This document shows positions 49,532 to 58,608 of a stretch of 64,000 nt of DNA, one piece after another. A program made the translations under genes and the position numbers. Under the pieces are notes generated by a model. It did no database searches and was not told the DNA's origin. It saw only the letters and a program-made list of their open reading frames with translations. The DNA is from Promethearchaeota archaeon (lineage in GTDB: Archaea > Asgardarchaeota > Lokiarchaeia > Sigyniarchaeales > SOKP01). The DNA is taken from NCBI GenBank assembly GCA_048938005.1, contig JBHLMQ010000006.1:80072-144071 (forward strand), given 5' to 3'. Positions within the stretch are counted from its first letter, which is position 1. Each line of letters starts with the position of its first letter.

Positions 49532-51379
49532 ATGAGTTCATTGAAAGGATTTATAGGTAAACTTCTTTCAGTTAATCTTAGTGAAAAAGAGATTTCTGAA
49601 GAATTGTTGAATGAAGAAATTGCCAAAGATTTTCTTGGTGGCGCTGGATATTGTTGTCGGTATCTCTATGATTATATTGATAAAGATACTGATGCTTTAT
49701 CTCCCGAAAATATATTAATGTTTATGACTGGTCCGTTCTGCGGTTCTCCTATTCCAACTAGTGGTAAATTCGTTGTATGTGCCAAATCTCCATATACAGG
49801 AATCTGGGGTGAATCCAACTGCGGGGGATATTTTGGTCCTGAACTTAAAAAAGCAGGCTACGATGGGATTATTATTAATGGTGCTTCAAAAAGTCCTGTA
49901 TATCTTGAAATCACAGAAAATAAAGCTGAAATTAGGGATGCTTCATTTTTATGGGGAAAAGGTATTATTGAAACTTCAAAGATTTTAAAGGAACAATCAG
50001 CTTCGCCATTAACAAGGATAGCTTGTATAGGTCAAGCAGGTGAAAATTTAGTTAAATTTGCAATAATTGCTTCTGAAGAAAAAGCTGCCGGAAGAACTGG
50101 AATGGGAGCTGTAATGGGATCAAAAAAATTAAAAGCTATAAGTGTTCGAGGCAAAAAAAGGCAATTTGAGGTAGCAGACCCAGATAAGTTTAAAAATATA
50201 GTTCAAAAAGCTTTAAATGATATAAATCAAGCGTTTACTTCTAAAATGTATAGTGAAATTGGTACTACAGCGGGAGTAGATCTGTGGAATTCAACAGGAG
50301 AATTGCCAAAAAAATATTGGACTTATGGAAAAGAATGGGAAGGCGCATACAATATTTCTGGAGTTACTGCTAAAGAAAAATTTGTTACAAGGAAATATCC
50401 TTGCTTTTCCTGTCCAATAGGATGTGCTAAAAAGGCAATTGTAAAAGAAGGAGAATATCAAACTGAAGGGGAAGTAGAATCTCCAGAAGTTGAAGCTATT
50501 GCTGGTTTTGGTTCAATGATCCTAAATGATAATCTTGAATCAATTGTGAGAGCAAATGTCTTATGCAATAATTATGGAATTGATACTATAAGTACTAGCA
50601 GTATTATAGCGTTTATATATCATTTATATAATAATAAAAAAATTACCTCTGAAAAAATTGATAATATTAACCCTAAATGGGGAGATATTAAACCAACTTT
50701 AGACCTGATTAAAAAAATATCATTAAGAGAAGGTATAGGTAATTTATTAGCTGAGGGATCAAATGCAATAGGGAAAAAATTTAATATTTCTCAAAATGAA
50801 ATCGCGACTGTTTATGGAATGGAAGTTCCATATCACGATTTACGGTCAAATTTCGGAATGTCAATAGCATATGCTTTAGGTACTCCAAGAGGACCTTGCC
50901 ATAATTCTTGTGATATGTATACAATTTCATTAGGAATTCCACTAGATGAATTTGGAATAGCAACCGTTGATAGATATAAAGATGATTCAGAAATGGCTAT
51001 AATGTGTGCGCGGTTGCAAGATTATCGTGCTCTTTATAGCTCATTGACTTTATGCGTATTCGCCAATCCATTACCTTCCATTATTGCTGAATTAGTACAA
51101 ACATGTACGGGTTTAGATTGCGATATAGAAAAATTGAAAATCTATGGTGAAAGAATTTTCATGATAAAACGATTGTTTAATCTAAAGATGGGGATTTCTC
51201 CGGAAGATGATCGATTACCTAAAATATTGCTTAATCCATTAGAAGGAACGGAAAGTGCAGGCAAATCACCTAACTATGAACAATTAAAGAATGAGTATTA
51301 TAAATATAGACAATGGGATATGAAAACTGGAAAGCTTAGTCAAGAAAATCTGAAAAGACTAGGTCTAGGAGAACTTTAA
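49532..51379 (+). CDS. aor: Tungsten aldehyde:ferredoxin oxidoreductase family protein
   Basis: KSPYTG, ESNCGG, GRTGMGAVMGSKKLKAI, CFSCPIGC, GIDTIS, DDRLP. Confidence 0.95.
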   Translation: MSSLKGFIGKLLSVNLSEKEISEELLNEEIAKDFLGGAGYCCRYLYDYIDKDTDALSPENILMFMTGPFCGSPIPTSGKFVVCAKSPYTGIWGESNCGGYFGPELKKAGYDGIIINGASKSPVYLEITENKAEIRDASFLWGKGIIETSKILKEQSASPLTRIACIGQAGENLVKFAIIASEEKAAGRTGMGAVMGSKKLKAISVRGKKRQFEVADPDKFKNIVQKALNDINQAFTSKMYSEIGTTAGVDLWNSTGELPKKYWTYGKEWEGAYNISGVTAKEKFVTRKYPCFSCPIGCAKKAIVKEGEYQTEGEVESPEVEAIAGFGSMILNDNLESIVRANVLCNNYGIDTISTSSIIAFIYHLYNNKKITSEKIDNINPKWGDIKPTLDLIKKISLREGIGNLLAEGSNAIGKKFNISQNEIATVYGMEVPYHDLRSNFGMSIAYALGTPRGPCHNSCDMYTISLGIPLDEFGIATVDRYKDDSEMAIMCARLQDYRALYSSLTLCVFANPLPSIIAELVQTCTGLDCDIEKLKIYGERIFMIKRLFNLKMGISPEDDRLPKILLNPLEGTESAGKSPNYEQLKNEYYKYRQWDMKTGKLSQENLKRLGLGEL

Positions 51380-51406
51380 AAAAATAAGAAAAATAAGGAA
51401 AATTTT

Positions 51407-52231
51407 TTATTTCCATCGCCATTTAGGCATAGTTTTTGTTAAGCGAGCGACAGCAGCATTTTGGGCATCTTTCGTTTGAAGTAATTGTGAACTTACAAGA
51501 GTCTCCAATTCTAACCCAAAAGCAGTATCCTTACCATAACAATCATCTATTAACTTTTTTGCAAGCCCTACAGCTAAAGGGCCACTGGTTATGAGATCAT
51601 CAGTATACATTTTAATAATTGAATCTAATTCTTCATGGTTTTTAGCAACTCGATTTACAACTCCGATCCTATAAGCTTCTGCTCCATCAAATTGGCGCCC
51701 AGTTAATATAATATCTTTAGTATTTTGGATCCCCACAAGCCTCGTTAGCCTTATAGTGCCCCCTACGTCTGGATTCATACCTATCTTTGATTCCAACATA
51801 TGGAAATCAGCTGATTCGGTACAAAATCGAAAATCACATGCTAATGCCAATTCAAATGCCATCCCATAACAATATCCATTTATTTTAGCAATCACAGGTT
51901 TTTCCATCTTTTCAATTTTTATGAAAATTGGATGGATCCAAGTATTTGCAAAATACCTAAAATTTCTCGGGATTCGTAGATCAGGGATAAAACCTTCAGG
52001 ATCTTTATCTCGACCTGTTAAAAAGTTTAAATCTATACCTGAACTAAAGAAATCGTTTCCCCCCGTGATGATAACTACTCTAGTATTAGTTCGCTCGACT
52101 TTATCAATTGCTTTTTGAAGTCCCACCATTAAATCATAATTCATAGCATTTTTTTTATCTAAACGATTCATTCTAATTGTTGTTATCGTTTTTTCTTCAT
52201 TCTCTTCTATTAAAACAACATTTTCACTCAT
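51407..52231 (-). CDS. Crotonase family enoyl-CoA hydratase with both catalytic Glu (also an ECH1-like Asp)
   Basis: FSSGID, GMAFELALACD, LESKIGMNPDVGG. Confidence 0.92.
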   Translation of the reverse strand: MSENVVLIEENEEKTITTIRMNRLDKKNAMNYDLMVGLQKAIDKVERTNTRVVIITGGNDFFSSGIDLNFLTGRDKDPEGFIPDLRIPRNFRYFANTWIHPIFIKIEKMEKPVIAKINGYCYGMAFELALACDFRFCTESADFHMLESKIGMNPDVGGTIRLTRLVGIQNTKDIILTGRQFDGAEAYRIGVVNRVAKNHEELDSIIKMYTDDLITSGPLAVGLAKKLIDDCYGKDTAFGLELETLVSSQLLQTKDAQNAAVARLTKTMPKWRWK

Positions 52232-52353
52232 TTTTTTCTACCCATTTTTTTGTTATTTAATTTATTAAATTCTTAATCTTCTTTTTAACTTATTAGAATA
52301 AAAAATTCTCATTAAAATTAATTGAAAAAAGAAAAAAGTCTTTTTTTTGATTT

Positions 52354-52803
52354 TTAAATCAGTCGAAAGTATTCAATATCCAATATTCTTTTTCTTGGTT
52401 TTTCTTTAAAAACAGCTTCAACTCGCATACCGACTTTAATTTTTTCTGGATCTCCTTCATTTATAATATGTACAAAATCGGTGTCCGCACCGTCAAGTGT
52501 AATTATCGCATAAGCAAAAGGAGGATCCAAAGGCATAACAGGTGTTGAATGGGTTATAACCGTAAAGCCTTTAACAATTCCTTGATTTCCAACCTCTGCC
52601 CATTCTTCCATTTTTTCGAAGCATTTAAAGCAAATCATTTTTGGAGGTACAAATATTTTACCGCACTTTGGGCATTTTACTCCCATTATTTTATTATTTT
52701 TTCCGATTTCTGTTATAAATTTTTCGACATAAGCTCCTGCTGTATGTTTATAAGGAACTTTAATCCTTCCTCTATACACTTTTTTTTCTATCTCTTCACC
52801 CAT
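52354..52803 (-). CDS. DUF35 Zn-ribbon/OB-fold protein
   Basis: CPKC...PPKMICFKC, LDGADT, VGMRVEAVF. Confidence 0.93.
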   Translation of the reverse strand: MGEEIEKKVYRGRIKVPYKHTAGAYVEKFITEIGKNNKIMGVKCPKCGKIFVPPKMICFKCFEKMEEWAEVGNQGIVKGFTVITHSTPVMPLDPPFAYAIITLDGADTDFVHIINEGDPEKIKVGMRVEAVFKEKPRKRILDIEYFRLI

Positions 52804-52805
52804 TA

Positions 52806-53297
52806 TTATCCCTCCGATTCCTCTTTTACAATTCTAAAATATGGAATATCCCCAATATTTCCTTCTCTTTTCTCTTTAAAAACAGCTTCTACACGTTGTC
52901 CTATTTTGAATTTAGTAGGATCAATCTCATCAACAAAATGCATCATATAAGTATCAGCACCATCTAATTTGAATATACCATAACCATAAGGGAATGGGCG
53001 CATACCCCCCGTAGTTGGATCGATAAATGGATAATTTACTACGGTGAAACCTTCTAGTGTACCTCTTGGAGATAGCTCTATCATATCCTCAATTGTCATT
53101 CCTACTAAACAGTCTGCACAAACTGCTCTCGGTGGCATATGAACTTTCCCACATTTGGGACATTTGCTTCCCATGATTCTCTTATTTTCCTTAAGTTCCT
53201 CAAAATATTTAACTGCTAATTTTCCTATAGAATAGTTATAAGGTAAGTCTGTTTTCCATTTAATTTGAAATTCTTTTTGTTTCTCTTTTTTTCCCAA
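52806..53297 (-). CDS. DUF35 Zn-ribbon/OB-fold protein
   Basis: CPKC...PPRAVCADC, LDGADT, IGQRVEAVF. Confidence 0.93.
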   Translation of the reverse strand: MGKKEKQKEFQIKWKTDLPYNYSIGKLAVKYFEELKENKRIMGSKCPKCGKVHMPPRAVCADCLVGMTIEDMIELSPRGTLEGFTVVNYPFIDPTTGGMRPFPYGYGIFKLDGADTYMMHFVDEIDPTKFKIGQRVEAVFKEKREGNIGDIPYFRIVKEESEG

Positions 53298-53303
53298 ATT
53301 TTA

Positions 53304-54476
53304 TCACCTCAATGGATTTGGATCTTTTCCTAATATTGCTAGTTCTGTCCAAAGACTTCCTCCGAAACCCATACCTAATGCAGTTTCGGCATCGGGCACT
53401 TGTCGTTTCCCACCCCTACCCATAATTTGAATCGCAGCTTCGGCAAACCGAACTAAAGCTGTCGCACCAATTGGGTTAGTACTTAATACTCCACCAGAAG
53501 GATTCACTGGTAATTCTCCACTCATTAAAGTTATTCCTTCATCCAGTAATTTTCCACCACCCCCTAGTTCAGCAAAACCTAATGCTTCAGTCCAGCTTAA
53601 TTCTGACCATGAAGTTGGTTCATAAATCTCCGCTACATCAAGATCTTTTATAGGATCTCTGATTCCAACTTTCTTATATACATTTTTCGATGCTATCGTT
53701 GCGGTTGGGAGGTTATACATAATATCATCAGTACCAAACGTGTAGTAATGAGCTGTTGAAACACCTTTAAACCATGCTGGATTATCTGTTACTTTTTTAG
53801 CTTCTTCTTCGTTTGCATAAATAACAGCACATGCTCCTTCACTTTGAGGACAGCAATCATGTAATCTTAAGGGATAAGAAATCATTTGAGAATTCATAAC
53901 ATAATCTAAAGTAATATCAGGCATTTGTAAATGTGCGAATGGATTATTTGCAGCATTACTTCGATTTTTAACAGTGACTTTTGCTGCTTGTTCTGATGTA
54001 ATTCCGTATTTCGCAGCATAAATATTAGCCATTAATGCAAGCGGTCCTAGGGCTCCTGCTAATGAGGGGCGTTCCCATACTGGGTCAAATGCAGTAATTA
54101 TTCCTGTAGTAGCTCCTCCTTCATTGAGTTTTTCCCAACCAACAACTAAAACATTTTTATAGATTCCAGAAGCTATGTTGTAATATCCACAAATTCCTAA
54201 AGATGAGCCTGTTGTACCACCAGTCGCAATTTTTACAACAGGTTTTAGATATCCAGGTGCTGCGTCAATTCCACACCACATTTCTGAGAAATTAATGCCC
54301 TCAAAATGATCCATATTGCCAATGAGAATAGCGTCAATATCTTGAGGTTCCATTTGAGCATCATCAAGAGCCATTTTAACAGCTTCATAGATCATTTCCG
54401 GTATATTTACATCTCTCCTTTTACTTCTAAACTTCGTTTGACCTACTCCTACTATTGCTACATCATGTTTTGGAAT
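53304..54476 (-). CDS. ltp3: Ltp3-like thiolase-fold retro-aldolase subunit (start moved to ATT at 54476)
   Basis: In-frame upstream IPKHDVAIVGVGQTKFRSKRRDVNIPE is the conserved first strand; KIATGGTTGSS, AEIYEP, STNPIGAT. Confidence 0.82.
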   Translation of the reverse strand: MPKHDVAIVGVGQTKFRSKRRDVNIPEMIYEAVKMALDDAQMEPQDIDAILIGNMDHFEGINFSEMWCGIDAAPGYLKPVVKIATGGTTGSSLGICGYYNIASGIYKNVLVVGWEKLNEGGATTGIITAFDPVWERPSLAGALGPLALMANIYAAKYGITSEQAAKVTVKNRSNAANNPFAHLQMPDITLDYVMNSQMISYPLRLHDCCPQSEGACAVIYANEEEAKKVTDNPAWFKGVSTAHYYTFGTDDIMYNLPTATIASKNVYKKVGIRDPIKDLDVAEIYEPTSWSELSWTEALGFAELGGGGKLLDEGITLMSGELPVNPSGGVLSTNPIGATALVRFAEAAIQIMGRGGKRQVPDAETALGMGFGGSLWTELAILGKDPNPLR

Positions 54477-54479
54477 TCT

Positions 54480-55622
54480 TTATTCACCTCCAAATATTAG
54501 TACACAATTTCCCTGAGAACAGATACCATTCATTCCATATACTAATCCTGTTTTTGCTCCAGTAACTTGTCGCTTACTAGCTTTACCTGTTAATTGTAAG
54601 AAAATCTCTGCCGCTCGAATCAATCCATTAGCCATTGCTACATTGCTGGATAATACACCTCCAGAAGGATTGACCGGAATTGATCCTTCCATTTGTGTTT
54701 TTCCGCTATCGATGAATTTACCCCCTTCTCCTTTTCCACAGAAGCCTAAAGCTTCATAGATCATAAGTTCATGAGCAGAAAAAGCTTCAAATACCTCTGC
54801 AACGTCTAAACCTTTAACTGGATCTTTAATCTCAGCCATTCTATAAGCTCTTTTAGCAGCTAATTCCAATCCGATTAAATCAGTCATGGTTCGATGTCCA
54901 AGATAATAGGCATCAGTACAGTTTGCATATCCTTTCAACCATACGGGTGTGTCAGTAAATTTCCTTGCATTCTTCTCATTAGCAAGAAGCATTGCTACTG
55001 CTCCATCACTGTAAGGCGGAAAATCTAATTCTTTTAAAGGATATGCCAACATTGGCGACTTTAAAACATCCTCTCTAGATACTTCCTTTTGTAGATGGGC
55101 ATAAGGATTATTAACTGCATTTTTTCGATTCTTTACAACAACTTTAGCAGCTTGTTCTTCACTAACACCATATTTACTCATATACATATTAGCCATTAAA
55201 CCAGCAGAAGAAATTTGATCTAAACCTAAGTGTCGTTGATAAAAGGGATCAAATATGGAATTATTTATAAGATATTGATCCCCTTCCGAGCATTTAGAGT
55301 GTGAAACAACCAAGACAGTATCATATTCTCCAGATAAGATTCGCATAGCGCCATATACATAGGCAAAAGCCCCATCCCCTGAAACTCGAGATTCTGATTT
55401 TCTCACAGAGCCCACAGCATCTTGAATTGCCATATTAGCTATTGTTCGGCCATCATTGAAATCATTAGAACTAGAGATTACGCAACCAATATCATCGTTT
55501 GTAATTCCCAATTCATTATGGAGTTTTTTAACAACTTCAAAAACTAGTTCTGAAATTGTTAAATTAATTTTTTCTGCTTCATATTTTGTTTGAGCACATC
55601 CTACTATCGCTACTTTATCCAT
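54480..55622 (-). CDS. ltp4: Ltp4-like thiolase-fold subunit
   Basis: ELGITNDDIG, DFNDGRT, ESRVSGDGAFA, LSGEYDTVLV, NPSGGVLSSN. Confidence 0.82.
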   Translation of the reverse strand: MDKVAIVGCAQTKYEAEKINLTISELVFEVVKKLHNELGITNDDIGCVISSSNDFNDGRTIANMAIQDAVGSVRKSESRVSGDGAFAYVYGAMRILSGEYDTVLVVSHSKCSEGDQYLINNSIFDPFYQRHLGLDQISSAGLMANMYMSKYGVSEEQAAKVVVKNRKNAVNNPYAHLQKEVSREDVLKSPMLAYPLKELDFPPYSDGAVAMLLANEKNARKFTDTPVWLKGYANCTDAYYLGHRTMTDLIGLELAAKRAYRMAEIKDPVKGLDVAEVFEAFSAHELMIYEALGFCGKGEGGKFIDSGKTQMEGSIPVNPSGGVLSSNVAMANGLIRAAEIFLQLTGKASKRQVTGAKTGLVYGMNGICSQGNCVLIFGGE

Positions 55623-55785
55623 TTTTAATTTTCCCTTGTTTTTTTTATTTTTGCTAAGAATAAATATAATATTGATAAATTCATCTATGAATAATTTTTA
55701 AATAGCAAAATTATTTAGAGAAACAAACGTCGACTTAAGAACATTCTTAAAAATTAAAAAAAAAAAAAGAAAAACATAATTAAAT

Positions 55786-56754
55786 TTAAAAGTTGACTTT
55801 ATCTAATCCTTTAAGACCCAACATTTTCCTAGCTTCATCAGGAGTAGCTATTTCTCGCCCTAGATCATTAACTATCCTAACCATTTTTTCAACTAAATCA
55901 GCATTACTTTTTGCAAATATTCGTTCTTTCTTTTCAGGATCATATCCCACATAAACATTGTCTTCTAAGCCAACTCTTATATGTCCCCCCATGGTAGCTG
56001 ATATAGCTCCTAGGTGAAATTCTCGTGGATATCCAAGGCCAATAACCGACCATGTGAAGTTTCTCTCTCCGAATAACCTTGTAGCTTCATTATACATATG
56101 TATTAGCTCCCAAGGTGTGTTTCCAGTTCCCCCTAGCACACCTAGAACAAATTGCATATGTATAGGGAATTTGAGCCATCCAAAACGGAGCATAGCTCCA
56201 GCGTTCCAGATTCCACTAGTACTATAAATCTCAAGTTCAGGTTTTACATTATTCTCATACATAGTTTTCACAAAAAGCTCGAGATCATTGAATGTGTTTT
56301 GAAATGTATATCCCTTACTCATTTTTACAAGAGCTCCTTCCCATGGATACTTCCACTCTTTATATCGTTCTGCTAAAGGATGTATTGAAAAATTCATTGA
56401 TTCGCAATTAAAAGAACACATTTCTGGTTTAAATTCCGGAGCTACCGAAATTCTTTCCTCTGGTGTCATCCCAGCAGCTCCACCAGTGGTGACACAAACG
56501 ACTACATCTGTTTTAGCCTTAATTTTTTCAAGGTTTTCTCTCCAAATTCCCAAATCTGCAGTAGGCATTCCTGTTTTTGGATCTCTAACATGAACATGAA
56601 CGACTGCAGCACCCGCATCACGAGCTTTTTTAGCTTCATCAGATATCTGATCTGGTGTTATTGGTAAATAAGGAGTTTGTGTTGGTAATGTAACTGAACC
56701 AGTAAGAGCACAAGTAATTATACATTTATTTCTCCAAGCTGTAAGTACAGACAT
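55786..56754 (-). CDS. BKACE (DUF849/Kce family) beta-keto acid cleavage enzyme
   Basis: TCALTG, PITPDQI, VHVHVRD, SMNF, KPELE, QFVLG, RVGLEDN. Confidence 0.93.
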   Translation of the reverse strand: MSVLTAWRNKCIITCALTGSVTLPTQTPYLPITPDQISDEAKKARDAGAAVVHVHVRDPKTGMPTADLGIWRENLEKIKAKTDVVVCVTTGGAAGMTPEERISVAPEFKPEMCSFNCESMNFSIHPLAERYKEWKYPWEGALVKMSKGYTFQNTFNDLELFVKTMYENNVKPELEIYSTSGIWNAGAMLRFGWLKFPIHMQFVLGVLGGTGNTPWELIHMYNEATRLFGERNFTWSVIGLGYPREFHLGAISATMGGHIRVGLEDNVYVGYDPEKKERIFAKSNADLVEKMVRIVNDLGREIATPDEARKMLGLKGLDKVNF

Positions 56755-56866
56755 TTTTAATTCTCTTTTTTTAATTATTTATTAAAGTCTTTGATTTATT
56801 AGATTATAAGACAAGTATTAAGTTTAATGTCTATAATGTAGATTTATAATATATCAGAATTAAAAA

Positions 56867-56891
56867 ATATAAAGGTTTTTTCCAACGTCGA
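56867..56891 (-). promoter_or_regulatory. BRE-TATA candidate for the leftward BKACE gene, preceded by a TCGACGTT motif
   Basis: Minus strand reads TCGACGTT-GG-AAAAAACC-TTTATAT. Confidence 0.45.
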
Positions 56892-56982
56892 TAAAAGCGC
56901 TTTTAATAGAAAAAGTTAAAAAAAATAAATAAGAATAATTAATGTAATCTAATGTAATAATTTCCTAAATCAAACCCTAAAT

Positions 56983-57876
56983 ATGATTAAAATGTTAGAA
57001 GAAGACTTATCAAACAAATTAGTAATAACTGCTGCTCTTGCGGGAAATTTTACATCTAAGAAACAAAATCCAGCGATTCCATATACTCCTGAGGAATTTG
57101 GAAATGAGGCAAAAAAATGTCATGATGCTGGAGCTGCCATAGTTCATATCCATGCAAGAGATCCTGAAACAGGATGGGCAACTCCTGATTTAAAGACAAC
57201 AAAAGCAGTTATTGATAATATACGCGAAAAAGCCCCAGATCTTATAATTAATTTAAGCACTTCCATGGGGTTCCGTACAACTCAAGAACAAAGAATTGCT
57301 CCAATTCAGACCTATAAGCCTTTACTTGCATCACTAAATACTAATTCAATGAATTTTGGAATAGGAAATTTTAAAACTGGAGAACTTATGGGAAGAGCTG
57401 ATGGTATTTTTAATAATAATTTTGAAATGATTCAGAATTTTGCTAGAGTAATGAAAGAAGTTGGAACAAAACCAGAGATTGAGATCTATGATTTTGGAGG
57501 GCTATATAACATCTTATTTCTTAATAAGCAAAATGAACTCTTTGAAGAACCATTACATTTTCAATTTGTATTTGGTGTCTTAGGAGGAATTCCATTTTCT
57601 TATCATAATCTAGGACACCTTCTCAATTTAATACCTATAGGGTCAACATGGAGTGTGTGCGGAGTAGCAAAGGATCAATTTAGAGCGGGATTATGTGCGG
57701 CAGCAACAGGAGGGCATATTAGGGTTGGTTTAGAAGATAATATCCGTACTCCAGACGGTCGTTTAGCTAAAGGATCTTGGGAACAAGTAGAATGGGCTGC
57801 AGAAGTTACAAAACTTGCGGGAAGAGAAGTAGCAACATCGAAAGACGCTCGTAAAATTTTTAATATGGTACAATAA
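56983..57876 (+). CDS. BKACE (DUF849/Kce family) beta-keto acid cleavage enzyme
   Basis: NPAIPYTPEE, VHIHARD, NSMNF, KPEIE, QFVFG, RVGLEDN. Confidence 0.93.
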   Translation: MIKMLEEDLSNKLVITAALAGNFTSKKQNPAIPYTPEEFGNEAKKCHDAGAAIVHIHARDPETGWATPDLKTTKAVIDNIREKAPDLIINLSTSMGFRTTQEQRIAPIQTYKPLLASLNTNSMNFGIGNFKTGELMGRADGIFNNNFEMIQNFARVMKEVGTKPEIEIYDFGGLYNILFLNKQNELFEEPLHFQFVFGVLGGIPFSYHNLGHLLNLIPIGSTWSVCGVAKDQFRAGLCAAATGGHIRVGLEDNIRTPDGRLAKGSWEQVEWAAEVTKLAGREVATSKDARKIFNMVQ

Positions 57877-58001
57877 AAACTCAAAGTCTAAATCTTTATA
57901 ATACCATAAGAGCTAAATCTTCATAAAATAAAAAAGTTAAAACAAATAAATTAAATTGTAATTAAAATAGTTTTTAAAAAAAAAGAGTAATAGAAATATA
58001 A

Positions 58002-58604
58002 TCAGAATGTAAAACCTTCTGGTAGTTCTGATTCTTTTGTACCTTCAACAACAAACATTAAATCCATAATTGTATAGGTTGGGTTCTTGGTCCGAAAGAT
58101 TGGTATAACTCTTTTTCCAATTTCAGGTTCTCCGACAACTAACACGCTCATAAGAATAGTGACAACTTCTTCATCAAATTCTACATTTATAAATTTGATT
58201 GGTTTTGGTAGTGTATTAAAAGCTCCAGAACGATGAGTAATAATAAATGAGTGAACTTTTGCAGTTTTCTGAGCTTTTTCAGTAATATCTATAACGGTAT
58301 TTTTTCTTAGGCAATCTGGGCAAAAAATCCTAAATGGTTCATAAATTGATCCTTTTGTTAAACATTTTTCATTATCACATCTAGAAGCCATAAGTTTACC
58401 TTTACCTAGAGACCCAAAAAATACTGCTTCTCCACCGTATGAATGTATATAAGTCATATCTCTAGGATTTGTAACTCCAGCTAATTTTCCTGTATCCTTA
58501 TTGAAAATAGGTTGATTTTTCTCAATTATATGAAAAGTCCCTTTAGGTTTATATCTTTTGTTGACAATATCTACAAAACCTTTTTCTTGTTCTGTTTTTG
58601 GCAT
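58002..58604 (-). CDS. DUF35 Zn-ribbon/OB-fold protein (Cx4C variant)
   Basis: RCDNEKC...FRIFCPDC; OB strands ending IGKRVIPIF. Confidence 0.85.
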   Translation of the reverse strand: MPKTEQEKGFVDIVNKRYKPKGTFHIIEKNQPIFNKDTGKLAGVTNPRDMTYIHSYGGEAVFFGSLGKGKLMASRCDNEKCLTKGSIYEPFRIFCPDCLRKNTVIDITEKAQKTAKVHSFIITHRSGAFNTLPKPIKFINVEFDEEVVTILMSVLVVGEPEIGKRVIPIFRTKNPTYTIMDLMFVVEGTKESELPEGFTF

Positions 58605-58608
58605 TTTT

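Noticed and set aside
54474-54482. Stop readthrough fusing ltp4 and ltp3, which are in the same frame
   Set aside because: The stop is TAA, a perfect SD precedes the ATT, and the paralogous pair at 38799/38802 is separate and out of frame.
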